28,944 nt of DNA. Source: a virus. The position numbers were made by a program, and so were the translations under genes. The stretch spans positions 1 to 28,944 of the IMG/VR virus record IMGVR_UViG_3300000928_000178; one strand, written 5' to 3'. Below the pieces are notes generated by a model. That model made no database searches. It worked only from the letters and a program-made list of their open reading frames with translations, and was not told the origin of the DNA. Shown here one piece after another: positions 23,030-28,944 of the stretch; the first letter of the stretch is position 1, and each line of letters starts with the position of its first letter.

Positions 23030-23616
23030 GTCAGGTAATTAAACCAAAACGCAGACATACTAGTGGAGCACCAACAACAAGTGATTTGGAACCAAATGAA
23101 ATTGCAATCAACACAAATGACTTTACTATATATGTTAGAGATGAATCAAACAATATACTAAGAGTTGGCGGTGTGCAAACACCAATGAATCAAGACTTAG
23201 ATACAGATCAATATGAAATTAAAAGCACAACATCATTGAACAGTAATCTTGGATTACCAGATGGTGTTAAGATGGGATCATATTTAAAATTAGCACACAA
23301 AGCCGATGTCGCTAGTGAATTCGTAATTGATGCACAATACTGTGAAGTAGGCAAAAGATATATGATTTCAAGTGCAGGTAACACTGATTGGGTTGCAATG
23401 GGAGCCGGTGGTAACTTTGGCACAACAATCTTTACATGCACAGCAACAGGAACTGGAACTGGAACATGCTTTGTTGGTGATGATTATTTTGGCGTATTGG
23501 CATATGATCCTAGCACTAAATATGTGGTTGTATATAATGATTATGACAGTGATACAGGTTCAGGCACAGCAAGAAGATTTGGCTGGCAGAGATTATCTAA
23601 AGGCCAGTTCAACTAA
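23026..23616 (+). CDS. Second tail-fibre-like protein
   Basis: I prefer the GTG at 23026 (GTGA overlap with the upstream stop, 8 nt after GAGGAG) over the track start at 23017. The N-terminal RRHTSGAPTTSDLEPNEIAINTNDFTIYVRD matches a common fibre N-terminal motif. The protein carries one copy of the GxxYxIxSxGxTDxxxxGA...GTGTGT motif, which also occurs twice in the giant fibre. Confidence 0.65.
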   Translation: MSQVIKPKRRHTSGAPTTSDLEPNEIAINTNDFTIYVRDESNNILRVGGVQTPMNQDLDTDQYEIKSTTSLNSNLGLPDGVKMGSYLKLAHKADVASEFVIDAQYCEVGKRYMISSAGNTDWVAMGAGGNFGTTIFTCTATGTGTGTCFVGDDYFGVLAYDPSTKYVVVYNDYDSDTGSGTARRFGWQRLSKGQFN

Positions 23617-23631
23617 TAAAGGAGCTCTACC

Positions 23632-23988
23632 ATGAGTAAAAATGAGGACAACACTGAGGACAAACAGGTTAAAGCAGCACCAAAGAAAGGTGCACCACGA
23701 AAAGAAGTTGATGTAGAAATACTTAAGAAACTTTGCGAAGTGCAATGCACAGTCAAAGAAATGGCTTACATATTAGGCGTGAGTGTAGATACATTAAATA
23801 GGAACTATAAGGATGTAATTGCAACAGGCAAGACGCTTGGTAAAGTTACATTAAGAAGAGCACAATGGCGAAACGCAATTGAAAAGAATAATGTTACTAT
23901 GCAGATTTGGCTAGGTAAGAATGTTCTTAATCAAACAGATACACCATTGGACGAAGAAGATGGGCAGATACTGCCTTGGACAGACTAA
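23632..23988 (+). CDS. terS: Terminase small subunit
   Basis: A 118-aa ORF. A basic N-terminus is followed by an HTH (TVKEMAYILGVSVDTLNRNY), then ...LRRAQWRNA...QIWLGKNVLNQTD, a pattern typical of small terminases. It lies upstream of terL. Confidence 0.75.
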   Translation: MSKNEDNTEDKQVKAAPKKGAPRKEVDVEILKKLCEVQCTVKEMAYILGVSVDTLNRNYKDVIATGKTLGKVTLRRAQWRNAIEKNNVTMQIWLGKNVLNQTDTPLDEEDGQILPWTD

Positions 23989-24003
23989 CACAGGAAAGCT
24001 AAA

Positions 24004-24234
24004 ATGAGCAAACAAGAGAATCACAAGTGGGCAGAAGTTACAGAACAAAACGCTAAAGATATTGTTGATATTAAACACAGTATTGACACTATCAAAGACA
24101 ACCACTTAAGACACTTGGAAGCTGACATGTGTAAGCAATCTAAAGCAATTGAGAAAATAGACAACCGCTTGTGGTGGGTGTTGGGAATCTTAGTTGTATC
24201 AACAGTTATAGGGATGATAAAAAATGGCTTATAA
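24004..24234 (+). CDS. Tail-anchored coiled-coil membrane protein (XhlA-like architecture)
   Basis: A 76-aa ORF with an N-terminal helical region and one C-terminal transmembrane helix (LWWVLGILVVSTVIGMI). The resemblance to XhlA-type lysis proteins is in architecture only. Confidence 0.5.
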   Translation: MSKQENHKWAEVTEQNAKDIVDIKHSIDTIKDNHLRHLEADMCKQSKAIEKIDNRLWWVLGILVVSTVIGMIKNGL

Positions 24235-24284
24235 AAAGAAAAAAGGCAAGAAGAAATACGGCAAGTAAACAAAGGGGAAATACT

Positions 24285-24398
24285 ATGAGAAAAAAGATAT
24301 TAGAACATTTAAAGAATAAAAAGGCTTGGGCAGTTGTGGCAATAGCAGTAATTTGTTACTGGCTTTGGACTACATATAATACTGTGGCGGCAGTATAA
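24285..24398 (+). CDS. Small membrane protein (37 aa)
   Basis: I prefer the ATG at 24285, preceded by an AAGGGGA RBS, over the track start at 24171. It has one transmembrane helix (AWAVVAIAVICYWLW). Confidence 0.5.
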   Translation: MRKKILEHLKNKKAWAVVAIAVICYWLWTTYNTVAAV

Positions 24399-24611
24399 AT
24401 GAAACTAACCCCCGAACAATTGGACGCTTGGAGAGTTATACCAAGAATGTTGATACTAACATATATGATATGTTTCTATCTTGTTATAACTTGGTTTATG
24501 GATTTACCAGATCCAAACAATGCTCAAGCAGCATTTACTAGCACAATGATTGGTGCAGGTGCAGCTTGGTTTGGATTGTATGTAAATGGAAAATCAAATG
24601 CCACTAAGTAA
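24399..24611 (+). CDS. Two-TM small membrane protein (holin-like)
   Basis: A 70-aa ORF that starts immediately after the upstream stop. It has two hydrophobic helices and a charged C-terminus. Confidence 0.5.
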   Translation: MKLTPEQLDAWRVIPRMLILTYMICFYLVITWFMDLPDPNNAQAAFTSTMIGAGAAWFGLYVNGKSNATK

Positions 24612-25833
24612 TGTTCAACAAACAATAAGTGACGACTCCGCAAGATTTAAAGTTGTAGTTGCTGGTAGACGTTTTGGTAAGACATACTTGTGTATGCACG
24701 AAATGGCTAAAGCAGCAAGACATCCAAATGCTAAAGTATTTTATGTAGCACCAACATATAAAATGTGTAAACAAATTATATGGGATGATTTAAAAGAGAA
24801 GTTTATACGTTGTAACTGGGTTAAAAAAATAAACGAAAGTGATCTTACGATCACACTAGTTAATGGAAGTAGAATATATTTACGCAGTGCCGATAATCCG
24901 TCAAATTTAAGAGGCGTTTCTATGACAGCGTTAATTATAGACGAGGGTGCAATGATTGATCAACGAATGTGGACTGAAGTATGTAGACCAGCATTAAGTG
25001 ATCAAAAAGGTGGAGCAATGTTTATTACTACACCAGCAGGCAAGAATAGTTGGATATATGAACTATGGCAAGGTGCACATACACAAGATAATTGGAGTGC
25101 ATTTCAGTATACTACACTACAAGGCGGGAATGTAGATGAAGACGAGATAGAAGCAGCCCGCAATGAATTAGATGAAAGAAGTTTTAGGCAAGAGTATGAA
25201 GCAAGTTTTGAAAGTTATGCAGGACAAATATACTACAATTTTGATACAGGCATACATATTGCTCATCAAGATAAAGAACTAAAGAAGAATGAAATACTGC
25301 ACGTTGGATGCGATTTTAACGTATCACCAATTTGTGCTAACATCAGTAGAGTGAACGGGAATGAAATAAGCGTGATAGATGAAATTACTATGCAAGGATC
25401 AAATACATTTGAATTGGCAGAAGAATTGTTAAACAGATATCCTAATAATAAGATATGGGTTTATCCTGATGCTAGTGGAACACAAAGAAAAACAAGTTCA
25501 AATACAAGTGATCATCACATACTACGCAATGCAGGGTTTATATTAAAAGTAAAGAATATCAACCCACCAGTTAAAGATAGAATTGCAGCCGTCAATGCAA
25601 GTTTAAAAAGTGTAGACGGAAGTGTAAAGATACAAATAGATCCAAAGTGTAAGCAATTGATTAAATGTATAAGTGGGCAAACTTACAAAGAAGGCACACA
25701 AATACCAGACAAAAGCAATAACCTAGATCATGCCATGGATGCATTTGGCTACAAAATTCATTGGATTAATCCAATAAGAAGAGATAAACCGGAACACTTG
25801 GACAGAAGTCCACAGTTGTTTGGGCATTATTAA
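24586..25833 (+). CDS. terL: Terminase large subunit
   Basis: Walker A is VVAGRRFGKTY and Walker B is ALIIDEGA. The C-terminal nuclease-like region contains VGCDFN and LDHAMDAFGY. The start could instead be the ATG at 24598. Confidence 0.9.
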   Translation: MENQMPLSNVQQTISDDSARFKVVVAGRRFGKTYLCMHEMAKAARHPNAKVFYVAPTYKMCKQIIWDDLKEKFIRCNWVKKINESDLTITLVNGSRIYLRSADNPSNLRGVSMTALIIDEGAMIDQRMWTEVCRPALSDQKGGAMFITTPAGKNSWIYELWQGAHTQDNWSAFQYTTLQGGNVDEDEIEAARNELDERSFRQEYEASFESYAGQIYYNFDTGIHIAHQDKELKKNEILHVGCDFNVSPICANISRVNGNEISVIDEITMQGSNTFELAEELLNRYPNNKIWVYPDASGTQRKTSSNTSDHHILRNAGFILKVKNINPPVKDRIAAVNASLKSVDGSVKIQIDPKCKQLIKCISGQTYKEGTQIPDKSNNLDHAMDAFGYKIHWINPIRRDKPEHLDRSPQLFGHY

Positions 25834-25910
25834 AAAAGGATAAATAATGGATATAGACTCAACAATTGATCACTGTTGAAAGTGCTACCCTTTAAAAGGA
25901 AAATATAATT

Positions 25911-27389
25911 ATGTTAACATTAGAAAAAATAAAACAAACTCACCCTAGCTACCCAGAAGTAGCCAATCAGGCTAACTATCATTACAAATCATTTGTAGGC
26001 GGTGAATTGTATAAAAGCGGTAGTTACTTAACACAATACCTAGGTGAAAATACTGGTCCAGGAGACCAATATGCAAAGAGGTTAGAATCAACACCTTTAG
26101 ATAATCACGTGCAAACTACTGTAGATATTTACAGAAGTTTCTTGTTTAGAACATTACCAAAGCGAGAACTAGGATTGTTAATGAACAACCCATTAGTTAA
26201 TGCATGGTTGTATGACACGGACCAAGAAGGACAAAGCATGGATAGTTTCTTAAAAACTGCAAATGATTTGGCTGTATCAATGGGTTCGGTATGGATACTA
26301 GTAGACAAGCCAGAATACAAAGTAGAAACAGAAGCTGAAGCAATTCAATTAGGCATCCGTGCTTATGCAGCAGTTTACACTCCACAAAATGTATTAGACT
26401 GGTATTATGAAAGAAACATTGCAGGCAAGATGGAACTTGAATACATCAAAGTAAAAGAATCAGAGAATGATGAATATGTTACATACACATGTTGGCACAA
26501 AGACTCTGTAGAAAAATACAAAGTAAGCAAAGACAATCAAGGTGAAATAGATAAGATAGTTGAACACAACGAATATCCAAATCCATTGGGTTACATTCCT
26601 TTTGTTTTTCATGCTCCATTAAAGTCACCTGTTAAAGGTGTAGGACTTAGTATGATTGCGGATGTGGCAAATCAACAACGCTTCATCTATAATTGTGCAA
26701 GTGAAATTGAACAACATTTAAGAATTAGTTCACATCCTACATTAGTTAAACCAACAAGCACAGATGCAGTTGCAGGTGCTGGTGCAATACTTAACTTAGA
26801 TGAAAGCATTGACCCAGGACTAAAACCATATCTTTTGAGCCCATCATTAAGCACAACAGATAGTATACTTAAAGCAATTGAAAACAGTGTTACTGCAATA
26901 CAACGCATGACACATACAAGTGCAATACAGGCAACAACAGGAACACCAATGAGTGGTGTTGCATTACAAACGGAAAGACAGTTATTAAATGCAAAGCTGG
27001 CGGACATGGCTGACACACTCAAAGAAACAGAATACCAAATGTGGATTACTTGGTTAGATTGGCAAGCATTAAATATGCCAGAAAACTTTAGTTTAGAATA
27101 TCCAGAAACATTTGATATGAGAGATGAACACTTAGAACTAGATTTCCTAATGAAGGCACGAAGTGCTGGTGTTAATAATACTATGTTCCAAGACGAGATC
27201 AGCAGACAAGTGGTTGCACTTACTGTTGATGATGATGAAGTGCAAAATGAAATCTTAGCAGACATGGAAAAGGTAGAGTTTGAACCACACGAAATGACTA
27301 ACCCAGAAACTGGAGCAGTCACAGTTGTAACAACAGAAGAACAACATTTACAACTAAGAGCATTAGGTTACAAACACGAGGGTGAATAA
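25911..27389 (+). CDS. Portal protein
   Basis: A 492-aa ORF directly after terL and before the MuF-like gene. Its size, acidic C-terminus and position are typical. Family was not verifiable without a search. Confidence 0.8.
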   Translation: MLTLEKIKQTHPSYPEVANQANYHYKSFVGGELYKSGSYLTQYLGENTGPGDQYAKRLESTPLDNHVQTTVDIYRSFLFRTLPKRELGLLMNNPLVNAWLYDTDQEGQSMDSFLKTANDLAVSMGSVWILVDKPEYKVETEAEAIQLGIRAYAAVYTPQNVLDWYYERNIAGKMELEYIKVKESENDEYVTYTCWHKDSVEKYKVSKDNQGEIDKIVEHNEYPNPLGYIPFVFHAPLKSPVKGVGLSMIADVANQQRFIYNCASEIEQHLRISSHPTLVKPTSTDAVAGAGAILNLDESIDPGLKPYLLSPSLSTTDSILKAIENSVTAIQRMTHTSAIQATTGTPMSGVALQTERQLLNAKLADMADTLKETEYQMWITWLDWQALNMPENFSLEYPETFDMRDEHLELDFLMKARSAGVNNTMFQDEISRQVVALTVDDDEVQNEILADMEKVEFEPHEMTNPETGAVTVVTTEEQHLQLRALGYKHEGE

Positions 27390-27391
27390 AA

Positions 27392-28255
27392 TTGGCTTTC
27401 AATGTAAAGAAGCACGATAAGATTGTAGACAAAGCCTTGGTTAATATAAAGGCTGATGTGTTTGATATTGTCAAAGCATTGGAAAATGAAGTAGCTGATA
27501 TAGTTGCTCTAAACCAAAGTCCAGAGATGGTAAGACCGCAAATACTTGCAGCAGTTGAAAAACATAGTCAGACTGTTAAGGATGCGGCGCAAACATTAAC
27601 ATCTATTAGCGAAGACTTTATGGCTCAAAATAGTGCACCAGCTAGTGCAGAAGACTTTGTGTCACAAAGACAGTTATTGGATTTAAGTGGTGAAGAACTT
27701 AGTAGTGCAATGTCAGGTTCAGGTGAAGATATTGTAAAAACAGTAGTGCTTGGAAGTGTTGCAGGATTATCAAGTGCAGCATTAATAAATCAAGCAAGAG
27801 GAAGAATTAGCGGAATACAAATGGATTCAACAGATCCAGATGTAAGACGCGAACAGCGTAAATTACGCAAACTAGTAAAGGATGGTGCAAGTGCGGCAGT
27901 TGTCACACAAAGCACAAACAAACTAAAGCGTATGTTACCAGGCAGTGTTAATACAGCAGGTTCAATTGCTGTTAAGTTAAGCACTGGTGTAGATAACGTT
28001 GTAGGTAGCTTTAATGGCACGTATGCAAAAGCACAAGCTACACGAAATGGTGTAGAAATGTTTGAGTATGTAGGTGGTGTTATGGCAACCAGTAGACCCT
28101 TTTGTGTATCAATGGTAGGCAGTATTATGAATGCCGAAGATATACAGAATCTATGGGATGGTAGTAGTTGGACTGGTAAAGAGCCAGGTGATCCATTTGT
28201 TGTAAGAGGTGGATACAATTGCCGACACTATTGGGTGCCTGTAGACGAGGAATAA
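27392..28255 (+). CDS. Head morphogenesis protein (Mu F / SPP1 gp7-like)
   Basis: A 287-aa ORF with a TTG start after GAGGG. The C-terminal ...RPFCVSMVG...VVRGGYNCRHYWVPV resembles the conserved MuF-family C-terminal motif. Confidence 0.7.
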   Translation: MAFNVKKHDKIVDKALVNIKADVFDIVKALENEVADIVALNQSPEMVRPQILAAVEKHSQTVKDAAQTLTSISEDFMAQNSAPASAEDFVSQRQLLDLSGEELSSAMSGSGEDIVKTVVLGSVAGLSSAALINQARGRISGIQMDSTDPDVRREQRKLRKLVKDGASAAVVTQSTNKLKRMLPGSVNTAGSIAVKLSTGVDNVVGSFNGTYAKAQATRNGVEMFEYVGGVMATSRPFCVSMVGSIMNAEDIQNLWDGSSWTGKEPGDPFVVRGGYNCRHYWVPVDEE

Positions 28256-28327
28256 AAAAGGATAAATAAAGATATATAAAGTATGATACTTAGTATCCTA
28301 ACCCTAACTTAATAAAGGAAAATTGAC

Positions 28328-28944
28328 ATGACAATAGAAGAAACTCATGGTATTACTGAAACTGTAGACACTGGGGATACAGCAACAGGCCAAAATATAG
28401 ACTCCCAGGTTGAAGCTAAGATGTTTTCACAAGAAGAAGTGAATGAACTGATTGGCAAGCGTGTTGCCCAAGTTAACAAGAAGTTTGAAAATGTTGACTT
28501 AGATGAATACACCGCACTCAAGAGCTTGAAAGAGCAAGTTGAGGAAGAGACACTGATCAAGAAGGAAGACTTTAATGGTGTTCTCAAGAAGCAGAAAGAA
28601 AAGTCAGATAGTGAAATCACTAGACTTAGAACTGAACTTGAGACTATCAAAATTGATGGAGCATTAATTGATGCGGCATCTAAAGCTAAAAGTGTTGCAC
28701 CTGATCATGTAGCTCAATTACTGAGAAAGAACATTAAACTAGACTCAGAAGGTAATGTAATAGTTACTGACAAAGAAGGTAAACAACGATACACGGATTC
28801 AGCTGATCCAATGAATGTTAACCAACTAGTTGAAGAGTTCCTATCTGGAAACACATACTTCAAAAGTGCCGGCCCTAGTGGTGCAGGCTCTAAAGGTAAC
28901 ACAAATAACGCTAGTCCACAGAGTTTGGATTTAGCACAACTTGA
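28328..28944 (+). CDS. Scaffolding protein (continues to base 83 across the circular junction)
   Basis: ATG at 28328 after AAGGAA. The ORF is still open at the window end and joins in frame to 23-83, giving about 225 aa. It is charged and coiled-coil-like, with FSQEEVNELIGKRVAQVNKKF typical of scaffold proteins. It sits immediately upstream of the capsid gene. Confidence 0.8.
   Translation, partial: MTIEETHGITETVDTGDTATGQNIDSQVEAKMFSQEEVNELIGKRVAQVNKKFENVDLDEYTALKSLKEQVEEETLIKKEDFNGVLKKQKEKSDSEITRLRTELETIKIDGALIDAASKAKSVAPDHVAQLLRKNIKLDSEGNVIVTDKEGKQRYTDSADPMNVNQLVEEFLSGNTYFKSAGPSGAGSKGNTNNASPQSLDLAQL

Noticed and set aside
28923-28944. The terminal 22-nt repeat as a genuine phage direct terminal repeat or cos site.
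   Set aside because: It is too short. It falls in the middle of the scaffold coding sequence, which reads through it in frame. It is more simply explained as the overlap left by circular assembly.

Overview
The window is a complete, circularly closed contig. Bases 1-22 are identical to 28923-28944, so the unique length is 28,922 nt. It is an AT-rich tailed dsDNA phage of siphovirus type, and every credible gene is on the + strand.

Gene order:
- Packaging and head: terS, three small membrane proteins, terL, portal, MuF/SPP1-gp7-like head morphogenesis protein, scaffold (its ORF crosses the contig junction), major capsid.
- Tail: head-tail genes, a 138-aa tail tube, a chaperone pair with a lambda-type GGGAAAG -1 frameshift, tape measure, and a four-gene GTA/lambda-like tail-tip module.
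- A 69-aa ORF and an HTH protein follow.
- Early region, about 4.2 kb (9.5-13.7 kb): six consensus sigma70 promoters, three intrinsic terminators, two ORF-free transcription units and ten ORFan genes.
- Fibre module: dominated by one 2,787-aa gene (8,364 nt, about 29% of the genome). It is built from nested repeat families and ends in a discoidin-like domain.

I recognise no replication, recombination, integrase, repressor or endolysin gene.

Most interesting leads:
1. Repeated promoter cassettes whose -35/-10 spacer holds a palindrome kept symmetric by compensatory changes.
2. A shared GAGACAGCGTAA junction that makes five consecutive early proteins end in ETA.
3. Two promoter-driven ORF-free units, which are candidate ncRNAs or leaders.
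4. The giant fibre, with glycine at every fourth residue across long arrays.

All family assignments come from motif recognition by eye and gene order. No database search was possible.
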